Made by a program: the position numbers and the translations under genes | In this document: in pieces, positions 40,488-49,611 of the stretch | Numbering within the stretch: position 1 is the first letter of the stretch | Layout of the letters: every line of letters begins with the position of its first letter | Notes under the pieces: generated by a model | Told to the model about the DNA's origin: nothing | Databases searched by the model: none | Seen by the model: the letters and a program-made list of their open reading frames with translations, nothing else | IMG/VR virus record: IMGVR_UViG_3300044655_000258 | Coordinates: 1-54,162 of that record | DNA length: 54,162 bases | From: a virus | Lineage: Duplodnaviria > Caudoviricetes | Reading direction: 5' to 3' (one strand)

Positions 40488-41898
40488 AGTTGTTCAGCCT
40501 GTACGCGACAACGTCATCTTCAGACCCAACCCCGGCCCTCAGACCAACTTCCTAGCCGCTTCAGAGCGTGAAGTGTTGTATGGTGGTGCTGCTGGTGGCG
40601 GTAAAAGCTATGCCATTCTTGCAGATCCGCTACGCTACATTGCCCATCCCCAATTCTCTGGACTAATTCTTCGTCACACTACAGAGGAATTGCGAGAACT
40701 CATTTGGAAATCGCAGGAGATGTATCCAAAGATATACCCCGGTATCAAGTGGAGTGAGCGAAAGATGCAATGGCAGCATCCAAGTGGGGGTAAGTTGTGG
40801 ATGTCCTACCTCGACCGTGACGAAGATGTCATGCGTTATCAGGGTTTGTCGTTCTCCTACATCGCTTGGGACGAGCTAACACAGTGGCCTACCCCATTTG
40901 CGTACAACTATATGCGTTCTCGTCTACGTACAGCAGCGCCTGACCTGCCTGTATTCATGAGAGCCACCACCAACCCCGGTGGTCCCGGTCATCAATGGGT
41001 TAGGAAGATGTTCATTGTGCCTGCAGCGCCCGGTAAAAGCTTCTATGCCACCGATGTTGAGACAGGAGAGACTCTGGTGTACCCAAAAGGGCACAGCAAA
41101 GAAGGCCAACCGCTGTTCAAACGCAAGTTTATATCGGCTAAGCTGGCTGACAATCCCTATTTGGCTGAGTCAGGCGACTATGAAACGATGTTGTTGTCCC
41201 TGCCAGAGCACCAACGTAAACAATTGTTGGAAGGCAACTGGGATATTGCAGAGGGTGCAGCGTTTTCTGAGTTCAACAGAGCCATTCACGTTGTAGAACC
41301 CTTCACAATACCAAGCAGCTGGCCTAGATTTAGAGCTTGTGACTACGGATATGGCAGCTATAGCGCTGTATTGTGGTTTGCTGTAGCGCCTGATGACAGT
41401 TTGGTGGTCTATCGTGAGCTTTATGTCAGCAAAGTGCTGGCAGAAGACCTTGCTGTGATGGTTATGCAGGCCGAAGACGGTGAGAAGATCCGTTATGGTG
41501 TGCTGGATAGCTCATGTTGGCACAAACGTGGTGACACTGGACCCTCTATTGCTGAACGAATGATTATGAAGGGGTGCCGTTGGCGTCCTGCTGACCGTTC
41601 TGCTGGTAGTCGTGTTGCGGGTAAGAACGAAATACACCGCCGTCTGCAGGTTGACCCCATGACAGATCAGCCACGCATGGTGTTCTTCAACAACTGTACA
41701 CAAATCATTGCAGATTTACCAACTTTACCAATTGATAAGACTAACGTAGAAGATATTAACACCAAAGTTAGCAACGATCACACTTATGACGCTTTGCGCT
41801 ATGGTGTAATGTCACGTCCACGTAGCGGCTTGTTTGACTTTGATCCTATGTCGCAAAATACTGGCAAAGTTGTAGCCGACTCTGTGTTTGGTTATTGA
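40312..41898 (+). CDS. terL: Terminase large subunit
   Basis: GGAAGGGKS, WDELTQ, ATTNPGG, DYGY, DHTYDALRY; exact start uncertain. Confidence 0.95.
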   Translation: MNSPTNANPLLIESLPMGTKKPSRKRKSTKKDSAPKTEASSIVIDTSNLNDTSQAPLIEVVQPVRDNVIFRPNPGPQTNFLAASEREVLYGGAAGGGKSYAILADPLRYIAHPQFSGLILRHTTEELRELIWKSQEMYPKIYPGIKWSERKMQWQHPSGGKLWMSYLDRDEDVMRYQGLSFSYIAWDELTQWPTPFAYNYMRSRLRTAAPDLPVFMRATTNPGGPGHQWVRKMFIVPAAPGKSFYATDVETGETLVYPKGHSKEGQPLFKRKFISAKLADNPYLAESGDYETMLLSLPEHQRKQLLEGNWDIAEGAAFSEFNRAIHVVEPFTIPSSWPRFRACDYGYGSYSAVLWFAVAPDDSLVVYRELYVSKVLAEDLAVMVMQAEDGEKIRYGVLDSSCWHKRGDTGPSIAERMIMKGCRWRPADRSAGSRVAGKNEIHRRLQVDPMTDQPRMVFFNNCTQIIADLPTLPIDKTNVEDINTKVSNDHTYDALRYGVMSRPRSGLFDFDPMSQNTGKVVADSVFGY

Positions 41899-41939
41899 TC
41901 AACTACATGTTATACCTTTCTTAATACTCTGGAACACTT

Positions 41940-44015
41940 ATGGCCCTCATTGACAAACCCTCTAACGATAAAACTCTAGCGCTTGATGACGCTCCTAAGA
42001 ATGAAGACGACTTCCAAGGTGGTAGTCTGATCAGCTTCATTCAGAAACGCTATACCAAATCGGAAGAGTCACGCCGCACTGACGAAGATAGGTGGCTCCG
42101 TGCCTATCGCAACTATCGTGGCCTGTATGGTCCCGATGTCAAGTTCACTGAGACTGAGAAGAGCCGTGTATTTGTGAAGGTGACGAAGACTAAGACGCTT
42201 GCTGCGTATGGTCAGATTACTGATGTGTTGTTTTCTAACAACAAGTTCCCTCTCAGCGTTGACCCGTCTGTTTTGCCAGAAGGTGTAGCTGATTCTGTCC
42301 ATTTCGACCCACAGAATGCTGCTGGTGGTGCTCCTCCAGCTATTCCGTTCGGTGAAGAGGGTGCTGCTGGTATCGGTAAAGACTTCGACTTGGACAAGCT
42401 GGAAGAGATGCTGGGTAGTCTCAAAGAAGACTTGAAAGATGTTCCCGGCTTGAAGAAGGGACAGGGACAGACACCAACGTCTGTGACGTTCTATCCCGCT
42501 ATGCTGGCTGCTAAGAAGATGGAGAAGAAAATCCATGATCAGCTTGACGAGAGCGGTGCTAGTAAGCATCTCCGCGCTACAGCTTTCGAGATGTCGCTGT
42601 TCGGTACAGGTGTGATGAAGGGTCCATTCGCTGTCAACAAAGAATATCCCAACTGGACAGAAGACGGTGAATACAAACCAACCATCAAAACCGTACCAGA
42701 AGCTTCGCATGTTTCCATCTGGAACTTCTATTGGGATCCAGACGCAAACAACACAGAAGACTGCCAGTATGTTATCGAGCGTCATAAGATGTCGCGTACA
42801 CAGCTTCGTGCTCTGAAGCGCCGTCCCCATTTCCGTAAGAACGTCATTGACCAACTCATTGACCAAGGCGAAACCTACGTTAAGAAGTATTGGGAAGATG
42901 ATCTGCGTGACTACGCTCCCAACTTCGACGTTGATCGCTTTGAAGTGTTGGAGTACTGGGGTAACGTTGACGTTGAATTGTTGGAAGAGAACGATGTCAC
43001 CATCCCTGAAGACTTCAAAGACGGTGATGAGTTGCAAGCCAACATCTGGTACTGCAACGGCAAAATCATTCGCTTGGTGTTGAATCCGTTCAAGCCTGCA
43101 AAGATTCCCTACTACGCTGTTCCATACGAACTCAATCCATACAGCTTGGCTGGTGTTGGTATTGCAGAGAACATGGACGATACACAGACGCTTATGAACG
43201 GCTTCATGCGTATGGCTGTGGACAACGCTGTGTTGTCAGGCAACCTCGTCTTTGAAGTTGATGAGACCAACCTTGTCCCCGGTCAAGACATGTCTGTCTA
43301 TCCCGGCAAAGTGTTTCGTCGTCAAGGCGGCGCTCCCGGTCAAAGCTTGTTCGGTACTAAGTTTCCTAACGTGTCGCAAGAGAACCTGCAGCTGTTCGAC
43401 AAAGCTCGACAGCTTGCTGACGAATCGACAGGTATGCCTTCGTTTGCTCACGGTCAAACTGGTGTGAGTGGTGTTGGTCGTACAGCATCTGGCATCTCTA
43501 TGTTGATGAACGCTGCTGGTGGTTCCATCAAGACAGTGATTAAGAACGTTGATGACTACTTGTTGGCTCCGCTCGGTAAAGCCTTCTTCAGCTTCAACAT
43601 GCAGTTTGATTTCGACCCAGAGATTAAGGGTGACTTGGAAGTCAATGCTCGTGGTACTGAATCGTTGATGGCTACTGAAGTGCGCTCACAGCGATTGATG
43701 CAGTTCTTGCAGATTGTTAGCAACCCTGCTCTGATGCCATTCGCTAAGATGCCCTACATCATCCGTGAGATTGCCAAGGCGATGGATCTTGATCAAGACA
43801 AAGTCACTAACAACATGGATGAAGCTGCACGTCAGGCTGCGTTGATTGCACCACCTGCTGCACCCGCTGGTGCTCCTGCTGCTGGTGCTCCACCTGTACC
43901 GGGCGCTGGTGTGGCTGACATGACTGGTGGTGGTGCTGGCAACATTGGTGTTGGTGCTGCTGCTGCTCCCGGCGAACAAGGCTTTAGCGCTGCTCCTCAA
44001 GAGGCTGCTCAATAA
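41940..44015 (+). CDS. Portal protein
   Basis: 691 aa following TerL; FGTGVMKG, TASGISML motifs. Confidence 0.9.
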   Translation: MALIDKPSNDKTLALDDAPKNEDDFQGGSLISFIQKRYTKSEESRRTDEDRWLRAYRNYRGLYGPDVKFTETEKSRVFVKVTKTKTLAAYGQITDVLFSNNKFPLSVDPSVLPEGVADSVHFDPQNAAGGAPPAIPFGEEGAAGIGKDFDLDKLEEMLGSLKEDLKDVPGLKKGQGQTPTSVTFYPAMLAAKKMEKKIHDQLDESGASKHLRATAFEMSLFGTGVMKGPFAVNKEYPNWTEDGEYKPTIKTVPEASHVSIWNFYWDPDANNTEDCQYVIERHKMSRTQLRALKRRPHFRKNVIDQLIDQGETYVKKYWEDDLRDYAPNFDVDRFEVLEYWGNVDVELLEENDVTIPEDFKDGDELQANIWYCNGKIIRLVLNPFKPAKIPYYAVPYELNPYSLAGVGIAENMDDTQTLMNGFMRMAVDNAVLSGNLVFEVDETNLVPGQDMSVYPGKVFRRQGGAPGQSLFGTKFPNVSQENLQLFDKARQLADESTGMPSFAHGQTGVSGVGRTASGISMLMNAAGGSIKTVIKNVDDYLLAPLGKAFFSFNMQFDFDPEIKGDLEVNARGTESLMATEVRSQRLMQFLQIVSNPALMPFAKMPYIIREIAKAMDLDQDKVTNNMDEAARQAALIAPPAAPAGAPAAGAPPVPGAGVADMTGGGAGNIGVGAAAAPGEQGFSAAPQEAAQ

Positions 44016-44228
44016 ATGAACAAAACATTTCTTCCGAAGCTCAAGGGTATGTTCAATACACATCATGTGTGGGATGCCTTTGTTGAAAAGCTTGACTACG
44101 ACATTGAACAGCACCAACGTAAGCTGGAACAAGCAACAGAATTGAGCGAAGTGTTTAAGGCACAAGGTGCCATTGCTGCATTGCGTCAGCTAAAGTATTT
44201 GAAGGATGAGATCAATCATGCAGGCTGA
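44016..44228 (+). CDS. Small portal-associated coiled-coil protein
   Basis: AQGAIAALRQLKYL, immediately after the portal gene. Confidence 0.75.
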   Translation: MNKTFLPKLKGMFNTHHVWDAFVEKLDYDIEQHQRKLEQATELSEVFKAQGAIAALRQLKYLKDEINHAG

Positions 44229-45645
44229 AATGAACAAACTGTTTGCCGAAGGCGGCGTAATGCAAGAGGGCGGCACAGTCGATCCTGTCTCTGGTAATGA
44301 AGTGCCTCCCGGTGCTATGGCAGAAGAAGTGAGAGATGACATTGACGCTAAGCTCAGCGAAGGCGAGTTTGTCTTTCCTGCTGATGTTGTGCGTTATTGG
44401 GGTTTGGAAAAGCTAATGATGATGCGTGACAAGGCCAAGAAAGGTCTGAAGCGCATGGAAGAGATTGGTCAGATGGGTAACGCTGAAGAAGTACCTGATG
44501 GTGAAGCTCTTCATGGTGAAGAAGATGAGATGGACGATGATACGTTCTCGTCTGAGATTGATTCCATCATGTCAGAAGATGAAGGCGGTGAAGAGCGCGA
44601 GTATGCTGAAGGTGGTTATGTTCTTCCAGAGAATGAACAGCTTTATCGTGATGCACCCGTTAAAGGTTTTGAAATGGTGCCAATGACCAATGATGCTGGT
44701 CAGACCATCTATATTCCTTTCATCAACGGTGTTGCTCAGTTGTCTATTCCTTCTGGTTATAAAGTGAAAGCTGCTGGTGCTACTGAGCCTACGGCTCCTG
44801 TTGCCGCTGGTCCAACTACACAGACAACACCTAGTGGTGGTGATGCTGGTGGTAGTGACGGTGGTGGACCTGTCGGTGGTGGTGGTGGATCGTTCGGCAC
44901 AGACGCTCCAAACCCTAGCAGTACACATGGTGGTATTACCACAGGTTCTCCTGTTGCATCAACCCTTGGTGGAATTGTTGGTGGATTATTTGGTTTAACA
45001 GTTGGTATGCCTTCATTGGGTGTTCAGGCTGGTAAATCATTAGCGTCTTCCTTGTCTAACTCACAGGCTCAGGCTCAGACAGCAGAAGCTATTGGTTTCA
45101 ACCTTGGTGTTGAGGGATACAGCAGTCAAGCCGTTACAGCCGCACAACAAGCAGCACAGAGTGCCAGCACTCAGGCTAATGCTACAGCGGGAAGTATTGC
45201 TGCTGCAGGTGCTCAGGCCGCTGCTGATGTTGATGGTAAAGATCCTATGGAAGCAATGATGTCCATCACTAACGCATTTGGTACTGGTACATCCGGTACT
45301 TCTGTCAGTGAAGGAGAGAACCCGTCAGGTGGCACTAACGTTACAGGTACGGTTAATGGTGAAACTTTTGGTTATACTGAAGCCGCTCCTTCAACTAACA
45401 CCAGTACCGAAGGTAGTGTTGGTGTTGGTCCTAGCTCCAGTAGTTCCGCTGTCGGAACCGCTGACGCCGCTAGTGAGAGTATGGGTGGTGATGGTATTGG
45501 TGGTGCAGGCACTGGTGTTGGTGATGGTGACAGTGGTGGTGTTAGTGGTATTGGTGCAGATGGTATCGGTTTTGCCAAAGGCGGCTTCGTCTCTAAACCA
45601 AACAAAACTAAGAACAAACCAAAAGGCTTAGCAGGTCGTCGTTAA
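44218..45645 (+). CDS. Head-associated protein with FAEGG/LSEGEFV domain and Gly/Ser/Ala-rich tail
   Basis: DPVSGNEVPPG...DDIDAKLSEGEFVFPADVV; four xxGG motifs; between portal and scaffold. Confidence 0.8.
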   Translation: MQAEMNKLFAEGGVMQEGGTVDPVSGNEVPPGAMAEEVRDDIDAKLSEGEFVFPADVVRYWGLEKLMMMRDKAKKGLKRMEEIGQMGNAEEVPDGEALHGEEDEMDDDTFSSEIDSIMSEDEGGEEREYAEGGYVLPENEQLYRDAPVKGFEMVPMTNDAGQTIYIPFINGVAQLSIPSGYKVKAAGATEPTAPVAAGPTTQTTPSGGDAGGSDGGGPVGGGGGSFGTDAPNPSSTHGGITTGSPVASTLGGIVGGLFGLTVGMPSLGVQAGKSLASSLSNSQAQAQTAEAIGFNLGVEGYSSQAVTAAQQAAQSASTQANATAGSIAAAGAQAAADVDGKDPMEAMMSITNAFGTGTSGTSVSEGENPSGGTNVTGTVNGETFGYTEAAPSTNTSTEGSVGVGPSSSSSAVGTADAASESMGGDGIGGAGTGVGDGDSGGVSGIGADGIGFAKGGFVSKPNKTKNKPKGLAGRR

Positions 45646-45656
45646 TGTAGTACACT
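45628..45656 (+). promoter_or_regulatory. Putative promoter for the scaffold gene
   Basis: TTAGCA-17bp-TACACT. Confidence 0.45.
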
Positions 45657-45661
45657 ATGAA

Positions 45662-45756
45662 TACCAGAGTCTGTGGTGGGCAGACTGGTACTAAACAATA
45701 CCCACCATCATTGGCTACCTGACTCCGAGACATGTTGTCTCCTACAGTGCAGCCCC
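45662..45756 (+). ncRNA. Pseudoknotted 5' leader of the scaffold gene
   Basis: Stem AGTCTG/CAGACT; loop TGGTGGG complementary to CCCACCA at 45701-45707. Confidence 0.55.
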
Positions 45757-45772
45757 AACTTAAAAGGTAAAT

Positions 45773-46645
45773 ATGACTGAAGTAGTCTTGGAACAAAAAC
45801 CGCAGGCGACAGCGCTTGCTCCGTTCGGTAAACGCAACACCAACCGTGAACGCATTGAACGCGAAGAGCAGGAACTGAAAGAACTCACTGAGAAGAATGT
45901 AGAGAAATCTGCAGCTGTTGAAGATGGCGCAGAAGACGACAGCAACTTGTCAGCAGAAGAGAAGAGCTTTAAGAAGCGCTATGGTGATCTTCGTCGTCAC
46001 TCACAGCAACAACAGCTTACCCTGCAAAAGCAAATTGACGAACTGCGTACACAACTTACTCAGTCTACCGAGAAACAAATCAAGCTACCAACGAACGAAG
46101 AAGACCTTGCTCGTTGGGCAGCAACCTATCCTGACGTGGCAAAGATTGTAGAGACAATCGCCATCAAGAAAGCTAAAGAGCAAACTGCTTCTATGGAGCA
46201 ACGCTTTGCTGCATTGGATGAACAAGAGAAGCTGACAGCACGTGAGAAGGCTGAGCTTGAGTTGATGAAGATTCATCCAGACTTTGACACCATCCGAGAC
46301 ACCGATGACTTCCATGACTGGGCAGACGAGCAACCTAAGTGGGTGCAACAAGCCCTATATGAGAATGATACAGATGCTCGTGCTGCTGCTCGTGCCATTG
46401 ATCTTTATAAGGCTGATCGCAACATGGCTAAGACGAGGTCGAAGAAGGAAGATACTTCTGCAGCACAAGGTATCCGTACCCGTAGCGAACGATCTGCACC
46501 TACTCGCAACGATACCGAAGGCGTTATGTACGAGTCTCAGGTGGCTAAGATGTCTAGTAAGCAGTATGAAGCCAACGAAGAAGCCATCATGAAGGCTATG
46601 CAAACTGGTAAGTTTGTGTACGATTTGAGTGCTGGCGCACGATAA
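45773..46645 (+). CDS. Capsid scaffolding protein
   Basis: Acidic coiled coil, FKKRYGDLRRH, HPDF, F.DW...QP; upstream of the capsid gene. Confidence 0.85.
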   Translation: MTEVVLEQKPQATALAPFGKRNTNRERIEREEQELKELTEKNVEKSAAVEDGAEDDSNLSAEEKSFKKRYGDLRRHSQQQQLTLQKQIDELRTQLTQSTEKQIKLPTNEEDLARWAATYPDVAKIVETIAIKKAKEQTASMEQRFAALDEQEKLTAREKAELELMKIHPDFDTIRDTDDFHDWADEQPKWVQQALYENDTDARAAARAIDLYKADRNMAKTRSKKEDTSAAQGIRTRSERSAPTRNDTEGVMYESQVAKMSSKQYEANEEAIMKAMQTGKFVYDLSAGAR

Positions 46646-46648
46646 TAG

Positions 46649-46678
46649 TTGACACGGGCTGAAAAAGTCTGGTATAAC
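46649..46678 (+). promoter_or_regulatory. Sigma70 promoter upstream of HNH/major capsid
   Basis: TTGACA-18bp-TATAAC with TG extension. Confidence 0.75.
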
Positions 46679-46685
46679 TTTTAAC

Positions 46686-46756
46686 AGGACGAAAACGACG
46701 ACGGTCGCTGACAGTGCTAACTCACTGTCTAGTCCTTTATTAAATCTAGTTAGGGA
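46686..46756 (+). ncRNA. Three-way-junction leader with a loop pairing next to the RBS
   Basis: AGGAC/GTCCT, CGAC/GTCG and GACAGTG/CACTGTC stems; loop CTAACT vs AGTTAG at 46748-46753. Confidence 0.55.
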
Positions 46757-46761
46757 TTGAA

Positions 46762-47322
46762 ATGAATGATGTAAAGACTTGCAGTTGTTGCAAGGTTGAG
46801 AAGCCTTTGGTTGAGTTTGGGAAGTCCAGCAAAGCCACAGGTACAGGTTACAAAGCTGTCTGTAAGATTTGTTTAGCTGAGAAGTTGAGGATGGCACGGT
46901 TAGCCAACCCAGAAAAAGCTAGAGAACGAGATAGGATTTGGGCTAATAAGAACAAAGACAAGATTAGTGAGAAGAATAAACAACGATACACTAATTTGAC
47001 TTTGAATGAGAAGTTTGTTCAGCTAGTCAAGAATGCTAGTAAACGTGAACGAGTAAAGTGTTTTATCACTGTTGAACATCTACATGATGTTTGGCAGCGA
47101 CAAAAAGGTCTGTGTGCATACACTAAGTTGCCGCTATCTAGCGAAGCTCACCAACTTAATACAGTAAGCCTAGACCGAATCGATAGTGACAAAGACTACA
47201 CGGCTGATAATATACAGCTAGTCTGCGTACCTATCAATAGAATGAAGTTGGATTATTCTGAAGATCAGTTTATCCAGCTTTGTAAGTTAGTAGCGCAAAA
47301 CGTAAGTAAGCAGACAACCTAG
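46762..47322 (+). CDS. Free-standing HNH-type homing endonuclease
   Basis: CSCC..CKIC finger, QKGLCAYT, SLDRIDS.KDY..DNIQLVC..IN.MK; AT-rich insert between scaffold and capsid. Confidence 0.85.
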   Translation: MNDVKTCSCCKVEKPLVEFGKSSKATGTGYKAVCKICLAEKLRMARLANPEKARERDRIWANKNKDKISEKNKQRYTNLTLNEKFVQLVKNASKRERVKCFITVEHLHDVWQRQKGLCAYTKLPLSSEAHQLNTVSLDRIDSDKDYTADNIQLVCVPINRMKLDYSEDQFIQLCKLVAQNVSKQTT

Positions 47323-47449
47323 TTGATCTAGCCTATACGAATACCTTAATAGCTAGGGGGTATTCTTATACACCTAGAAGAGACAGCCCTGTGATACTTG
47401 AGTGAGCGTATTTTGTATATGCCATACATTTATCTATAGGAGAATTTTC

Positions 47450-48520
47450 ATGGCTTTCCCTTCAGCTGCAGGTCATTCCAATCTGCCAAATGGTAACTTT
47501 AGTTCCGTTATTTATTCCAAAAAAGTACAACTGGCGATGCGCAAATCGTCGGTCGTCGAAGACATCACAAACAGTGACTACTTCGGTGAAATTGCCCAGA
47601 TGGGGGACTCAGTCCGTATCATCAAGGAGGCTGAGGTCAGCGTTCAACCCTATAAGCGTGGTACTCAAATCACTGCTCAGGATCTGGACGACGAAGACTT
47701 CACACTGGTTATCGATCAAGCTAACTACTTTGCATTCAAAATTGACGATATCGAGGCTGCTCACTCTCACGTGAACTTCATGCAGATGGCTTCGGATCGC
47801 GCTGGCTACCGTCTCCGCGACCAGTATGATCAAGACGTGCTCGGTTATTTGACTGGTTACACCCAGTCTGCTTTGCATGCCAATGCTGACACTGCTCGTA
47901 CCACTATCCCCGGCACTAAAGCTGTTGCCACTGCTGACGCTGATGAATTGCTGGCTTCCATGAAGCTGAGCCGTCCTAGCTTCGGCAACTTGACTACCGC
48001 TGGTAGCGTTGGTGACTCCATTCCTTTGGCTCCTCGCTTGCCCGGTGCAACGTCATTGCCCACTGCCACTGTGTCGCCTTTGATGGTGATCGCACGTATG
48101 GGTCGTCTGTTGGATCAGCAGTTCGTTGACACCCAAGGTCGTTGGTTGGTCGTCGATCCAGTGTTCATCGAAATGTTGAAGGACGAAGACAGCCGTCTGT
48201 TGAACTCCGACTTCGGTGGTTCCGGTCTGCAAAACGGTCTGGTCATCAACAACCTGCACGGCTTCCGTGTGTATGTGTCGAACAACCTGCCTAAGATTGG
48301 CACTGGTGCTGGTACCGCTGGTACTTCTGCTCAGTCCACCAACTTCGGCGTGATCGTTGCTGGTCAAGACGCTGCTGTGGCAACTGCTCAGCAGATCAAC
48401 AAGACCGAGACTTACCGTGATCCCGACAGCTTCGCTGACATCGTGCGTGGTATGCACCTCTATGGCCGTAAACTGCTGCGCCCCGAGGCTATCGTGACTG
48501 CAAAGTACAACGTGGCCTAA
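47450..48520 (+). CDS. Major capsid protein (P22 gp5-like/HK97 fold)
   Basis: YFGEI..MGDSVRI, IDQANYFAF.IDD, GF.VY.SNNLP, FADIVRGMHLYG; AGGAG RBS before ATG 47450. Confidence 0.93.
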   Translation: MAFPSAAGHSNLPNGNFSSVIYSKKVQLAMRKSSVVEDITNSDYFGEIAQMGDSVRIIKEAEVSVQPYKRGTQITAQDLDDEDFTLVIDQANYFAFKIDDIEAAHSHVNFMQMASDRAGYRLRDQYDQDVLGYLTGYTQSALHANADTARTTIPGTKAVATADADELLASMKLSRPSFGNLTTAGSVGDSIPLAPRLPGATSLPTATVSPLMVIARMGRLLDQQFVDTQGRWLVVDPVFIEMLKDEDSRLLNSDFGGSGLQNGLVINNLHGFRVYVSNNLPKIGTGAGTAGTSAQSTNFGVIVAGQDAAVATAQQINKTETYRDPDSFADIVRGMHLYGRKLLRPEAIVTAKYNVA

Positions 48521-48530
48521 TAATGGAACA

Positions 48531-48559
48531 GGGGAGGCTCAAAAGGCTTCCCCGTTTCT
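48531..48559 (+). terminator. Terminator-like hairpin after the capsid gene
   Basis: GGGGAGGCT-loop-GGCTTCCCC then GTTTCT (weak U-tract). Confidence 0.55.
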
Positions 48560-48591
48560 ACATACACATCTCTCAATAAAGGAAATTTAAA

Positions 48592-49080
48592 ATGGCTACT
48601 GTTACTACCCTCGCTGGTGGCGCTACCGCTGGTCGCACCGCTGCTCCCGTGCCTTATGTCGTTGACAAGGTCATCGACTTCGCTGCTGCTGCTACCGCCA
48701 AAGGTTCTGCCTTGGCTGCTGCTGACGTGATCGAGTGCATCTCTGTTCCCGCCAACACCGTCATCTTGAACGCTGGCTTTGAAGTTATCACCGTTGCTGG
48801 TGGTGAGTCTTCTGACACCACTTACGACTTGGGCGTGACTGGCGTTGATGCTGACGTGTTCGTTGACGGCTTCGACGGTGACGCTGCTGCTGCTGGTGCT
48901 TACGCTCAGAACGCTGCTGCCTTCCAACCTGTCGTGATCGGCACTGCTGACACCATCGACTTGGTCATCGCCACTGCCACTACCGCTCCTACCTCTGGTT
49001 CGTTGCGTGTGTGGGCTGTGCTGGTGAGCGTTGACGGTCGTCCTGCTACTACCGAAGTCGACCGCGACCAACTGGCCTAA
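48592..49080 (+). CDS. Capsid decoration/minor capsid protein
   Basis: 162 aa directly after the MCP, strongly biased codons, strong RBS. Confidence 0.7.
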   Translation: MATVTTLAGGATAGRTAAPVPYVVDKVIDFAAAATAKGSALAAADVIECISVPANTVILNAGFEVITVAGGESSDTTYDLGVTGVDADVFVDGFDGDAAAAGAYAQNAAAFQPVVIGTADTIDLVIATATTAPTSGSLRVWAVLVSVDGRPATTEVDRDQLA

Positions 49081-49097
49081 TCTTTTAGGCTGACCTA

Positions 49098-49137
49098 AGA
49101 GGGAGGGTCTTTCACGAGGCTCTCCCTTTTGTTGTTT
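49098..49137 (+). terminator. Rho-independent terminator
   Basis: GGGAGGGTCT-ttcacg-AGGCTCTCCC-TTTTGTTGTTT. Confidence 0.75.
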
Positions 49138-49157
49138 GAAACATACAGGAACATATT

Positions 49158-49601
49158 ATGGCTATCACATCTGCACTCTGCACCAGCTTCAAGAAAGAAT
49201 TGTTGGAGCGTAAGCACGACTTCAATGCCACTAGCGGTCACACATTCAAGATTGCTCTGTACACATCGTCTGCAACTCTCGGTGCATCCACTACCGCTTA
49301 CACCACCAGTAACGAAGTTGTTGGTACAGGTTACACAGCTGGTGGTGTGACATTGACAAACATCGACCCAACATCATCGGGCACTACAGCCTTTGTAGAC
49401 TTTGCCGATGCAACATGGCCTAGCGCAACCATCACTGCTGCTGGCGCTCTCATCTATAACACCACCACTGACGGTGGCTCTGGTACAACCAACGCTGTTG
49501 CTGTCATCTCCTTTGGTGGTGATAAGACTTCGACTAACGGCGACTTTGTTGTGCAGTTCCCTGCAGCAGACGCAAGCAACGCAATTATTCGTTTGGCATA
49601 A
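49158..49601 (+). CDS. Conserved virion structural protein (fibre-associated)
   Basis: SFKKELL, KIALYT, NEV.GTGYTAGG, ALIYN, FGGDKTS. Confidence 0.8.
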   Translation: MAITSALCTSFKKELLERKHDFNATSGHTFKIALYTSSATLGASTTAYTTSNEVVGTGYTAGGVTLTNIDPTSSGTTAFVDFADATWPSATITAAGALIYNTTTDGGSGTTNAVAVISFGGDKTSTNGDFVVQFPAADASNAIIRLA

Positions 49602-49611
49602 GGTTGCTTAA

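Noticed and set aside
45662-45720. Pistol ribozyme (P1 with G-rich loop, UAAA linker, pseudoknot)
   Set aside because: No room for the P2 strand between TAAA and the pseudoknot, and no GCG/P3/GU elements; kept only as a generic pseudoknot.
46686-46736. Hammerhead ribozyme (GGAC-GAAA...CTGA...GTCC)
   Set aside because: The core would need CUGAnGA before stem II, but the sequence is CTGTCTA, and the stem III/UH geometry does not fit.
48490-48600. Programmed frameshift or readthrough fusing capsid to the next gene
   Set aside because: No slippery heptamer seen, tandem TAA TAA stops, and the next gene has its own strong RBS.
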